From IMG/VR virus record IMGVR_UViG_3300037010_003311, positions 1 through 64,000 of that record: 64,000 bases of DNA; one strand, given 5' to 3'. Both the position numbers and the translations under genes were made by a program. The notes under the pieces are model-generated. The model made no database searches. It was not told the origin of the DNA and worked only from the letters and a program-made list of their open reading frames with translations. The first letter of the stretch is position 1. The number at the start of each line of letters is the position of its first letter. Positions 40,883 through 50,004 of this stretch are shown piece by piece.

Positions 40883-41238
40883 AAATAGAAATGGGTAAGA
40901 AATATACGAGTAATGGTGACTCTGTTCGAATATTATGTACCGATAGACCTAACGATAATGGGTACACAGTTGTTGGATTATTTGAAAATGGCATGATAGG
41001 CTATTTTACAGAAGACGGGGAAAGTACAACTACTGATCGTCGTAACTTAGTTGAGGTCTGGGAACCGCAACGTGGCGAGTGGTGCCTATTTACAGATTCA
41101 TCATTTAATGGAGCAATGCTGATGCAATTTCTTGTTTGTACAATTTATGGTAGATTTCATGCGATGGGGTCGTACCGCAGTTTTGATCACTGTTATAAAT
41201 TTGATGGAATACTCCCAGAACACTTAAAAGGAGAATGA
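40879..41238 (+). CDS. tandem family 2 member
   Basis: same motif set. Confidence 0.85.
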   Translation: MKIEMGKKYTSNGDSVRILCTDRPNDNGYTVVGLFENGMIGYFTEDGESTTTDRRNLVEVWEPQRGEWCLFTDSSFNGAMLMQFLVCTIYGRFHAMGSYRSFDHCYKFDGILPEHLKGE

Positions 41239-41239
41239 T

Positions 41240-41956
41240 ATGAAGATATCAATGGATAAAAAGTATACAAGTAATGGGCAAGCAGTAAGAATTTTGTGCA
41301 TAGACCGAAAGAATGATTTGTCAGTCGTAGGAATGCTTACGAATAGTAAAATATGTTATTTTTCGGATAACGGTCATAGTCTCGCCGGAGAATGTTATAA
41401 CTTAGTAGAAGCATGGGAACCGCAACGTGGAGAGTGGTGCCTGTTTTATAATATTCTGCAGCCTCACATCATTTTAGATCAATTTGTAGAAATGACTGAT
41501 CAAGGAGAATTCAAAACTCCCGATAATTTAAGTTGGAAATATTGTTATAAATTTACTGGTATTCTACCAGAACATTTACAAGTGCAGAAAAAATATATAG
41601 AACTAACGGTAGAAATGGATAAAAAATATACGTCTGATGGAAGGCCAGTTCGCATATTATGTAATGATAGACCAAGTGGTGATTCTGTAGTAGGACTTTA
41701 TGAAAATGGCGATTTATGTTATTTTACTGGTAAAGGTTATAGTCTCGCCGGAGAATGTTATAACTTAGTAGAAGCATGGGAACCGCAACGTGGAGAGTGG
41801 TGTTTATTTTGTAATGTTCTGAAACCACACAACACTATTTTAGATCAATTTGTAGAAATGACCGAACTCGGAGAATTCCAAACTCCTGATAATTTAAGTT
41901 GGAAATATTGTTATAAATTTACTGGTATTCTACCAGAACACTTAAAAGGAGAATGA
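41240..41956 (+). CDS. tandem family 2 member with two fused units
   Basis: unit repeated twice, second halves near-identical. Confidence 0.85.
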   Translation: MKISMDKKYTSNGQAVRILCIDRKNDLSVVGMLTNSKICYFSDNGHSLAGECYNLVEAWEPQRGEWCLFYNILQPHIILDQFVEMTDQGEFKTPDNLSWKYCYKFTGILPEHLQVQKKYIELTVEMDKKYTSDGRPVRILCNDRPSGDSVVGLYENGDLCYFTGKGYSLAGECYNLVEAWEPQRGEWCLFCNVLKPHNTILDQFVEMTELGEFQTPDNLSWKYCYKFTGILPEHLKGE

Positions 41957-41957
41957 T

Positions 41958-42314
41958 ATGAAGATATCAATGGATAAAAAGTATACAAGTAATGGACAAG
42001 CAGTAAGAATTTTGTGTATAGATGGGTATAAAGAAGATTACCCAGTCGTCGCGATGTATTTAGATGGTGATATTAGATATTTTACTGAAGATGGAGAAAG
42101 TGCAACTGGTGCTCATCGTAACTTAGTTGAGGTATGGGAACCGCAAGTTGGTGAGTGGTGTTGGTTCTGGGATAGTAATGATCAAAAACATGCATCTTTA
42201 TATGAATTCGTAAAAATGGATGATGTTGGAAAATTTACCTCCACTGCTGGTTGTCATTGGAAACATTGTGCCCAATTTGATGGAACTCTCCCAGAACACT
42301 TAAACGGAGAATGA
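41958..42314 (+). CDS. tandem family 2 member
   Basis: same motif set. Confidence 0.85.
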   Translation: MKISMDKKYTSNGQAVRILCIDGYKEDYPVVAMYLDGDIRYFTEDGESATGAHRNLVEVWEPQVGEWCWFWDSNDQKHASLYEFVKMDDVGKFTSTAGCHWKHCAQFDGTLPEHLNGE

Positions 42315-42315
42315 T

Positions 42316-42834
42316 ATGAAGATATCAATGGGTAAAAAGTATACAAGTAATGGAAAGAACTTACGTGTAGTTTGTATAGATAGAGAAAATACATTTGGGT
42401 ATAAAGTTGTTGGGGTATTTGATGATGGAGATATAAAATGCTTTAGATCAAATGGTGATAGCGCGCTTGACTCAAAATATGACTTACAAGAAGTATGGGA
42501 ACCAACTGAAAACGAGTGGTGTTGGTTCTGGGATTGTAATGATTCACAACATATAATTTTATCTAAATTTAAGGAAAAGAATGCTGATGGAATGTTCGGG
42601 TCGGTCGATGGATATTTCTGGATTTATTGTGCTAAATTTACTGGAGAACTACCAGAACATTTACAAGAGAAGACTATAGATTTTAAAAAAACTTTTGTAG
42701 CGAGGGAAGCCAGATGTCAGGATTGTACATATTTGCTTGAATTAGATGGTGAGGGGTATTGTAATTCGGTTAATGATATAGTTAAGAATATAATCGACTG
42801 TCCTTATGGCCGCAGCGAAATTCATAATTGTTAA
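42316..42834 (+). CDS. tandem family 2 member with Cys-rich C-terminal extension
   Basis: unit plus CxxC...C...C tail. Confidence 0.85.
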   Translation: MKISMGKKYTSNGKNLRVVCIDRENTFGYKVVGVFDDGDIKCFRSNGDSALDSKYDLQEVWEPTENEWCWFWDCNDSQHIILSKFKEKNADGMFGSVDGYFWIYCAKFTGELPEHLQEKTIDFKKTFVAREARCQDCTYLLELDGEGYCNSVNDIVKNIIDCPYGRSEIHNC

Positions 42835-42915
42835 ACGTACCCAATATGAGCTTAGTATTATTTGGGATAATTGATGTTGATATGCATAAATAGAAAAATA
42901 TAAAAAAGGAAATAA

Positions 42916-43482
42916 ATGGCTACTAAAGAACTTGAATTAACAGAAGAACAACAGGCCAAGTTTAAGTTGTATTATGAAAATGTTCATTATAAAATGTTGG
43001 GTATTAAACGGGTTAAATACACTTTTTATAAATGTGAGGTGTGCATCAGAGAAGTTGAAGTTAAATTGAACGAAATTAAACGTAGAATAAAAGTAGGTAA
43101 ACCTTTAATTTGTAGTAAATGTAGAGCAAAAGGTTTACACCTCTTGGCACCAAAATTTTCATCCGATGAATATTCTAAGATGATTTCTTCTCGAGGATTA
43201 AGTAAAACTAATACATCCGGTTATTTAGGTTCATCTCTGTATACCACAAAAGGTTATACATGCGTACGCAACCAAGTTAGGTACAAACTAGTACGAAAAT
43301 GTTTTCATATTCCGTATAACTCAGATGATGATTTAAAATGGGGGGCCTGGTTACGCGATGATTATATTAGGAGTATGGGGTACCCACATGCTTTAAATTT
43401 TTCAGATGAAGAACATGAAGCGTTACGCATTAAGTACCAGGACCACCCAAAGAAAGATTGGGTATCAAAAAATAAGGGATAA
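42916..43482 (+). CDS. zinc-ribbon plus AP2-like DNA-binding protein
   Basis: two CxxC; NTSGY.G ... A..RD ... LNF AP2 signature. Confidence 0.7.
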   Translation: MATKELELTEEQQAKFKLYYENVHYKMLGIKRVKYTFYKCEVCIREVEVKLNEIKRRIKVGKPLICSKCRAKGLHLLAPKFSSDEYSKMISSRGLSKTNTSGYLGSSLYTTKGYTCVRNQVRYKLVRKCFHIPYNSDDDLKWGAWLRDDYIRSMGYPHALNFSDEEHEALRIKYQDHPKKDWVSKNKG

Positions 43483-43485
43483 AGT

Positions 43486-43653
43486 ATGTATGATGCATTA
43501 ATCAAAGCCACTAGCCTTATGGTTATAATGGTAGCGATACTACTTATACTGGGGGAAATTGCAATAACTGTGGTTTATGGTCATTGGGGTTATGCAATTG
43601 GTGAAATATTTATAATATTATTTTTTGCGGCATTATATGACTTACGAACGTAA
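43486..43653 (+). CDS. 55-aa membrane protein (not in ORF track)
   Basis: RBS; hydrophobic; shares YGHW.Y.IGEIFII with the next ORF. Confidence 0.7.
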   Translation: MYDALIKATSLMVIMVAILLILGEIAITVVYGHWGYAIGEIFIILFFAALYDLRT

Positions 43654-43695
43654 TTCATATAGTTATGAGAAAAAATTAAATAAAAAGGTTAAAGA

Positions 43696-43866
43696 ATGTT
43701 TGATGCGTTACGAAATACAATTATTTTGGTGGTTATAGCGGCATTGATGTTACTTATACCGGGCGGAATCGTAATAACCATGATTTATGGTCATTGGGAT
43801 TATATAATTGGTGAAATATTTATAATATTCTTTGCTATTGTATTATCTTACGTCTACGCCGAATAA
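43696..43866 (+). CDS. 56-aa membrane protein, tandem paralog (not in ORF track)
   Basis: paralog of 43486-43653; shared downstream TTATGAGAAAAAATTAAATAAAAA. Confidence 0.7.
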   Translation: MFDALRNTIILVVIAALMLLIPGGIVITMIYGHWDYIIGEIFIIFFAIVLSYVYAE

Positions 43867-43909
43867 TGAAATAATTATGAGAAAAAATTAAATAAAAAAA
43901 GGATAAAGA

Positions 43910-44308
43910 ATGAAATATGTACACTGCGCAGACTGGTGTGACACGGATGAAATCGAGATCACAGAAGTTATTAAATACGAGGTACTAGTAACTTTTGGTG
44001 GTGGAATGGGTGGAGCAAATATTACTTATTATAGTAAGGATATTATGAAATCAACTATAATAGATAATGAAAATTATATTAGTATTGATCATTTTGGTGA
44101 TATAATTGAATTAAATCTTGCTCACGTAGTTGAACTAAAAAAATGTTTAGTAATTGAAATGCTTAATAAAACCAAAAATAGTTTTAGAGTATTTAAGGTT
44201 GGCAGAATAGATACAAACTATGAAATTGTATACCGCTACACTGGAGACTGGTATAAATCTTTATTATATGAAATAAAAAATCTTGAAACTGACACAAAGG
44301 ATATATAA
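43910..44308 (+). CDS. hypothetical protein
   Basis: RBS plus ORF. Confidence 0.65.
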   Translation: MKYVHCADWCDTDEIEITEVIKYEVLVTFGGGMGGANITYYSKDIMKSTIIDNENYISIDHFGDIIELNLAHVVELKKCLVIEMLNKTKNSFRVFKVGRIDTNYEIVYRYTGDWYKSLLYEIKNLETDTKDI

Positions 44309-44523
44309 TGAAAGTAAAACTAAAACACGTTGCTAGCCACCGGTTAGCTCATTTTGAAAATTGTGTAGGGGAATTGGAATTCTTACCAAATAATGTTTTT
44401 ACATTTAAAACTTCTGATCGTGAACTAACGTCTACGACGATTACTGAAATAGAAGAGTATGATAAGCATATCAATATTTATACTATTAATTCAGTATTTG
44501 CGTTCAAGAAAAAAGATAAGTAA
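44308..44523 (+). CDS. hypothetical protein
   Basis: TAATG coupling at both ends. Confidence 0.6.
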   Translation: MKVKLKHVASHRLAHFENCVGELEFLPNNVFTFKTSDRELTSTTITEIEEYDKHINIYTINSVFAFKKKDK

Positions 44524-45347
44524 TGAAAGTTTGTAGAACCTTACGAGTAGAAGAACTAGTAGATGTCAACTGGGCGGAAGAGATATTAAATAATTTTCAT
44601 CAAACCTTAAAATCAAAAGGTTTTAATTTTTGCGAAATTAGGTATAGCGGATTTAATTCGCAAGGTGATGGAGCATCATTTACTTTTAATTCCGTCGATG
44701 TCGAGCGGTTTATTAAAATAAATAGCTGTGCTAGTAAATACAAACATTTACTTAAAGCTATTAATAATGGTATGACCCAACTAACCTTCCATAGTCAAAT
44801 TGTGAATCATTTTTACGCTCATAATAAAACCATTATTATTGAGGCATCTAAATATATATCAGATAATGTTTCGGAAAAAAAATGCATTAAAATAAATAAC
44901 GAAATTATCGAACTACAAAATGAGATTGAAGAAAAATATATATCATTATGTGATGAGATCTATAAGGAGTTAGAACAAGCATATTATGGTTTGGTTGAGA
45001 ATATAGAAGAAGATCTCAAGGAAGAAGAAGAAACCAAACGTAAAAATGAAGAAATATTTAAAAAGTATAATGGTGAACTGGTAAAATTTCAGTGCCTTGG
45101 AAAATTTAGACCGGGTTTAGTAATTGGATATGATTATGATACAACATGTCTTAGAATTGCAACACCCTCTGGTCTCGGAACTGCGACCTTTCCAGAGTTT
45201 GGGATTGTTGCGCCAGAAGTACAAAAAAGCTTTCTAATCATATTACCAATTAAGGATTGTGAAATTATTATAACTGATCCTAATATGGTTAATGATATTA
45301 AAGCTGGAATTCTAGCTGCTTTTAATAAAAGATATGGAGATGACTAA
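44523..45347 (+). CDS. phage hypothetical protein
   Basis: YSGFNSQGDGASF motif. Confidence 0.7.
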   Translation: MKVCRTLRVEELVDVNWAEEILNNFHQTLKSKGFNFCEIRYSGFNSQGDGASFTFNSVDVERFIKINSCASKYKHLLKAINNGMTQLTFHSQIVNHFYAHNKTIIIEASKYISDNVSEKKCIKINNEIIELQNEIEEKYISLCDEIYKELEQAYYGLVENIEEDLKEEEETKRKNEEIFKKYNGELVKFQCLGKFRPGLVIGYDYDTTCLRIATPSGLGTATFPEFGIVAPEVQKSFLIILPIKDCEIIITDPNMVNDIKAGILAAFNKRYGDD

Positions 45348-45751
45348 TGATTAACCCGGAGATATTTACAGTACCAGAAAGAATCAATACCCTTAAACCA
45401 AATGAGGTTTTTGTATTTGGTTCTAACTTGGCGGGTATACATGGTGCTGGTGCAGCACTGCTTGCTCGTAATAAGTTTGGTGCGGCCCAAGGTTTTGGGT
45501 ATGGTTTATGTGGACAATCGTTTGCAATACCAACTAAAGATATGCAGATCAAAACATTACCATTAAGTAAAATTAAAAATTATGTTGATCTGTTTATATT
45601 GGAAGCCGCTAAGCACCCAACTAAAACATTTTTGATTACCCAAATCGGTTGTGGACTAGCTGGTTATAAACCAGAAAACATGTTTCCACTTTTTGAAAAA
45701 GTACCAAGTAATTGTAGATTACCAATAGCTTGGTCATATTTAAATAAATAA
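45347..45751 (+). CDS. macro-domain-like phage protein (A1S_2505-like family)
   Basis: VFVFGSN..G.HGAGAA, GQSFAIPT, IGCGLAG. Confidence 0.75.
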   Translation: MINPEIFTVPERINTLKPNEVFVFGSNLAGIHGAGAALLARNKFGAAQGFGYGLCGQSFAIPTKDMQIKTLPLSKIKNYVDLFILEAAKHPTKTFLITQIGCGLAGYKPENMFPLFEKVPSNCRLPIAWSYLNK

Positions 45752-45761
45752 AGGATTACAA

Positions 45762-46304
45762 ATGAAATTCGGATTAATCGAAAATAAAAAACGTTTACCA
45801 TTCTTTGGTTTTATGTGGTTAGTGCTTATAGTTGGATTTTTTCTTGGTTCTAATGTAATTGGAAATGAATTAAAATCAACGGAATTAATATGTACCAATG
45901 CTGAAATTAAAAATATTATAACTGATGGTTATAATAAAAGTGGTCATAATTTATTCGGTCAGATGTTTTTTAATACAGAATCCGCTATTTCGAGTAAAAA
46001 TAAAAATATTGTAAAAATTTGGTTATATTTTATGTTTAATCAAATTGGTGCCCATGAAATAACGACTTATGCTTCGGATAGAGATTTATTATATTTTAAC
46101 CCATTAGGATATCAAAAGTCGTTAGTTGAAATCGATTTAAATAAAAATTTAATAAGAAAATCGTCTGATTCGTATTATGATTGTAATGGTAGAATTATAT
46201 CAAAAAATGTAATTTCCGAAAAATGGGAGCCGATAAGTGTTGGATCACCTAATAATTATGTATTAGAAGTTCTTAAAAACAGTAGAAACCAAATGGGTAA
46301 ATAA
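45762..46304 (+). CDS. exported protein, surface-adhesin-E-like
   Basis: N-terminal TM; VKIW..., YYD.NG..I...W.PI..GS. Confidence 0.5.
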   Translation: MKFGLIENKKRLPFFGFMWLVLIVGFFLGSNVIGNELKSTELICTNAEIKNIITDGYNKSGHNLFGQMFFNTESAISSKNKNIVKIWLYFMFNQIGAHEITTYASDRDLLYFNPLGYQKSLVEIDLNKNLIRKSSDSYYDCNGRIISKNVISEKWEPISVGSPNNYVLEVLKNSRNQMGK

Positions 46305-46660
46305 TGAAGTTTAAGCGAATTGGATTCAATGTTGCCAAAACAGTAGCGGCCATTATTGGTATATTTGGTTTATTAATAAATTCCCAGTTTATTATAAGTG
46401 AGTCAAAATTATTATGTGATAATGACAATAATACGAATCTTATTTCTAATTATATCATTACTAATCAGTTAGCAAATGGCTCAACATATCAGATACTTAG
46501 TATTAAAGAGCAACAACTGAATACCGAACATAATTTGAAACAATGTCAAATTACTTATAGTGATGCAAAAAATGAGCAAACTACCTTAATATATTCAATT
46601 GGGATAAATAATAATCAGATTGAACTTATCGATGTAAAACCAGAGAATTTAAATATTTAA
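46304..46660 (+). CDS. membrane-anchored hypothetical protein
   Basis: N-terminal TM. Confidence 0.6.
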   Translation: MKFKRIGFNVAKTVAAIIGIFGLLINSQFIISESKLLCDNDNNTNLISNYIITNQLANGSTYQILSIKEQQLNTEHNLKQCQITYSDAKNEQTTLIYSIGINNNQIELIDVKPENLNI

Positions 46661-46845
46661 CTATTTTATTTATCTTAGTATAAGGGGCAATATGTTTAAT
46701 ATATTATAGTAGTGCAACTATGATCATAAATATAGAAATATATTAGTGTTTCGCTTATTTTAAAAGTACATAAGCGATATGTATACTGATATCGTCTTCC
46801 GTACATAAGGTACGAAAAATAATTTAAAAGGTAAAAGGATTAAAA

Positions 46846-47577
46846 ATGGCAAGTAAAGTTATTTCTACTTATTATATAGGAAATGTTCCAGTATATGCCG
46901 GAGCTCAAGGTGGTGCTCATACTCAAAATGGGTGCATGTTTAATTTTAACATCCGAGTTAAACCAGAAATCAATAATGTTGGGATTATGATTATTAAAAC
47001 GAATGATCCAATAATTCATAGTTATGATAATACAACTAGGGCTCCAGAATTCGAATTGGATCTTAGTAATCTCACAAAACTGATTACGCTTTTAAAAGTA
47101 AGAGGTTTCGCTAGCCCAACACAAGGAGCTCAGGAGTTTATTAAACTTGGAGTGACTACTCAAGCGAAATATGCAGACCGCATAAAAATGGCATGGGTTA
47201 AATCTTTTCAAGATACTACAACCTTTATAATTGAAACTAACGGTCAACAAGAAATGTTCGTGGTAGAAGGGATATTTCAAAATGAATATCTATTAGATGT
47301 ATTACAATCAACAAGAGAACTTTTAATTAGCTCTAAAGTAGCCGATGAAATAATCGTTACTCGTGGTACAACTAATAATGTTGGAAATTCGATGCCTGGT
47401 ATTCCAGGTGGAATAGGTATGTCACCAGTATCTACCGTTGGAACAATGTTACCAAACTTTACTGGAACTCCAGCGGCACCTACTGCTCCAGCGGCACCTA
47501 CTGCTCCAGCGGCACCTACTGCTCCAGCGGCACCAGCAATACCAGGTGTACCAAATATGCCTGGATTGCCGGCTTAA
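46846..47577 (+). CDS. hypothetical protein with Pro/Ala-rich tail; candidate Whirly/PC4-like ssDNA-binding protein
   Basis: SYD...FELDLSNLTKL segment; low-complexity tail. Confidence 0.4.
   Translation: MASKVISTYYIGNVPVYAGAQGGAHTQNGCMFNFNIRVKPEINNVGIMIIKTNDPIIHSYDNTTRAPEFELDLSNLTKLITLLKVRGFASPTQGAQEFIKLGVTTQAKYADRIKMAWVKSFQDTTTFIIETNGQQEMFVVEGIFQNEYLLDVLQSTRELLISSKVADEIIVTRGTTNNVGNSMPGIPGGIGMSPVSTVGTMLPNFTGTPAAPTAPAAPTAPAAPTAPAAPAIPGVPNMPGLPA
47468..47534 (+). repeat. 18-bp in-frame tandem repeat (PAAPTA, about 3.7 copies)
   Basis: CTCCAGCGGCACCTACTG repeated. Confidence 0.9.
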
Positions 47578-47610
47578 TAAATTAAATAAATTTCAAGGAC
47601 CATATATAAT

Positions 47611-48378
47611 ATGTTAACCGAGCAAGATAAATTAAAAATCGTTTTAAAAAGTATGTCTAAAAAAAGATATAAAGCAGCGTTAAAAGAGCTTAACAATATT
47701 CCGTTATTTAAAGCTGATGGCAACTATCCGTTGTCGTTAGATGTTAGAGCTGTAATGGCGAATGAGGGTTCGATTGGTTTGGCTAAACTTTTAAGAGATA
47801 CGTTTAGATTTGATTTAACAGATCCAAACGTTAAAGATACCCCAAGTAGAGTAGCTAGTATGTGGGTAAATGAACTTATGGTTGGCAGATATACGGATAA
47901 ACCACGTCTGGAAGCATTTCCCGTCGAGGAAAAACATTTAAGTAAACATAGTATAGAAATGTTGCACGAAGATGCCTCTGTTTTAGAGTACGATGGGATA
48001 ATCATTAAAAAGATTGATGTTCGATCATTATGTTCGCATCATCTTATGCCTTTCTTTTCTGATGGTAAAAAGTCTTTTGCTTTAGTAGCTTATATACCAA
48101 CAACTAAGTTTTTAGGTATTAGTAAAATTCAACGTTTATCTAATTGGTATGGTGCAAGACCATCACTACAAGAGCAATTAACTTGGTCAATATATAAAGA
48201 GATGTGTGACACTCTTGGTACAGACGATGTATTTGTAATTATGAAAAACATTACACATACTTGCGAAACTCTACGTGGAGCTAAAACTGAAGATGGTAGT
48301 ACTACTACTATGTTCTATGGTGGAAAATTTAAAGATATCAAGAAACGTAATGAAGTAATCAATTTGGCAGCAGATTAA
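47611..48378 (+). CDS. folE: GTP cyclohydrolase I
   Basis: DTP.RVA, SLCSHHLMPF, GISKI.R, LQE, HTC..RG. Confidence 0.93.
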   Translation: MLTEQDKLKIVLKSMSKKRYKAALKELNNIPLFKADGNYPLSLDVRAVMANEGSIGLAKLLRDTFRFDLTDPNVKDTPSRVASMWVNELMVGRYTDKPRLEAFPVEEKHLSKHSIEMLHEDASVLEYDGIIIKKIDVRSLCSHHLMPFFSDGKKSFALVAYIPTTKFLGISKIQRLSNWYGARPSLQEQLTWSIYKEMCDTLGTDDVFVIMKNITHTCETLRGAKTEDGSTTTMFYGGKFKDIKKRNEVINLAAD

Positions 48379-48418
48379 TCGTTTAGGTTAAGTTATATCC
48401 AAATTAGAGGAGGTAATT

Positions 48419-48877
48419 ATGGAGAATAATGCAATTAATGATCTATGGTTTCTACCATTAGATTTCATTGAAAAGACCGAAAACGATAAGCGTTTAGTGT
48501 ATAGTGATACTGATTCTGTGGTGGGAAATTCAATTATTATAGTAAATGGTAAACCTATTAAAATTGAAGATTTTTATAATTCTTTACCTAATAACTATAT
48601 TGAAGAAAAAGATCATCACTTTGTAAAAAAAAGTGATGGTTTTGTAACGTTAACCGTTAATGATAATCATGAGCTCATAGATAAAGAAATTATTTATTGT
48701 ATGAAGCATTTAGTAAAAAAAAGATTTTTCCGAATTAAAACTGATACAAATGAAGTAATAATCACAGAGGATCATTCATTGATGGTTAAAAGAAATGGTT
48801 ATTTAATTGGTATAAAAGTTAAAGAACTGATGGAAGGTGATGAAATATATGAAATTTCAGAATCCCCCACTTTGTAG
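48419..48877 (+). CDS. family B DNA polymerase fragment (32-aa N-extein ending YSDTD) fused to split-intein N part
   Basis: YSDTD|SVVGNS block A, ITEDH block B; ORF ends after about 120 intein residues. Confidence 0.88.
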   Translation: MENNAINDLWFLPLDFIEKTENDKRLVYSDTDSVVGNSIIIVNGKPIKIEDFYNSLPNNYIEEKDHHFVKKSDGFVTLTVNDNHELIDKEIIYCMKHLVKKRFFRIKTDTNEVIITEDHSLMVKRNGYLIGIKVKELMEGDEIYEISESPTL

Positions 48878-49022
48878 AACGTGCTCTAATAAATTGATTG
48901 ATGATTCAATTTGGCAAAAATATATTAATGGTGAAACCGATCTAAAGGATAAAAAATTTTTCAATAATTTTTATTCTAAACTTAAAAAAAGGATATCAAA
49001 TGATATTAAAATTGAAAAATGA
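48849..49022 (+). CDS. small CxxC ORF between the split-intein halves (possible homing endonuclease remnant)
   Basis: MKFQNPPLCRTCSNKL; overlaps both flanking ORFs in a third frame. Confidence 0.45.
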   Translation: MKFQNPPLCRTCSNKLIDDSIWQKYINGETDLKDKKFFNNFYSKLKKRISNDIKIEK

Positions 49023-50004
49023 TTTTATAGTTGAAGATTTAGGTATTCGAGAAGAATGGGTTTATGATATAGAAGTTAAAGATAATCATAATTTCTTTGC
49101 AAATAATATCTTAGTACACAATTCCGCATATTTGCTATTCGATTTACCATTCAATAAATTTGATGATATCCGGCAACTGGTTGATTATATACAGCAGTTG
49201 TCGACTAAAATTGATACAGAATACAATAATGCTTTAAATTATTATGGTTCAATGTTTGCGGGGTTAAATCCTGAATTCAATATTATGAAATTTAAATCAG
49301 AAGTTGTAGCGTATCAAGGCTTCTTCAACACCAAAAAGTTTTATGCATTGAGTAAAGCTTGGGACGAAGGAGCTTTCTTTGATACGCCAGAAATTAAAAA
49401 GACCGGTGGCCAAATTAAGAAAGCAGACGTTACTAAGATATCGGAACAGCTTTTATCCTTAGTCTATAAAATACTTGTTTTACCATCAGAAACTAAAGAT
49501 CTTGAGTCATTATATAAAAAGATCTTTATTGAGACTAAAAACCGTATTAAAATGCAACTAAAGCATGATATAGATAATCTTGATTTTAAAAGTTTCGGTG
49601 TACCAAAAAAATGGAGTTTTAAAGCTACAAAAGATATGCAGTGGGTAACCGGTGCAAGATTGTATAATCAAATAGTGGAGGATCTTCACCGCCCTGGAGA
49701 TTCAATGTTAACTCTTCCAATTAAAGGGAATTTTAACATTCTTCAAAACTATGATGAACAATTATCTTTAAAAAATAAAGATTTAACTTATCTACTTAAA
49801 GCTGATGATTATAATGATATATCTACTTTAAGTATTCCACCGAATATGAATTCTGAACAAGTACAAAAACTATCAGCGGCATTTGAAAAATATTCAATTC
49901 GAGTAGATTTTGATCAGGTAATGTTATTTAATATAGATATGAAATTGGAAGTATTTGAAAAACTATTTCCCCCAGAAATTAAATTATTGGTAAAGGGAGA
50001 TTGA
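49000..50004 (+). CDS. split-intein C part (41 aa) fused to family B DNA polymerase C-terminal palm/thumb
   Basis: own AAAGGA RBS; VYDIEV..NHNFFANNILVHN|SAY; downstream FKSE and KKFY PolB-like motifs. Confidence 0.88.
   Translation: MILKLKNDFIVEDLGIREEWVYDIEVKDNHNFFANNILVHNSAYLLFDLPFNKFDDIRQLVDYIQQLSTKIDTEYNNALNYYGSMFAGLNPEFNIMKFKSEVVAYQGFFNTKKFYALSKAWDEGAFFDTPEIKKTGGQIKKADVTKISEQLLSLVYKILVLPSETKDLESLYKKIFIETKNRIKMQLKHDIDNLDFKSFGVPKKWSFKATKDMQWVTGARLYNQIVEDLHRPGDSMLTLPIKGNFNILQNYDEQLSLKNKDLTYLLKADDYNDISTLSIPPNMNSEQVQKLSAAFEKYSIRVDFDQVMLFNIDMKLEVFEKLFPPEIKLLVKGD

Noticed and set aside
48837-49022. Programmed double frameshift giving one contiguous intein
   Set aside because: It would need two separate shifts; IntC has its own RBS and ATG, and the halves end and begin where natural split inteins do. 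Sequencing error is not excluded without reads.
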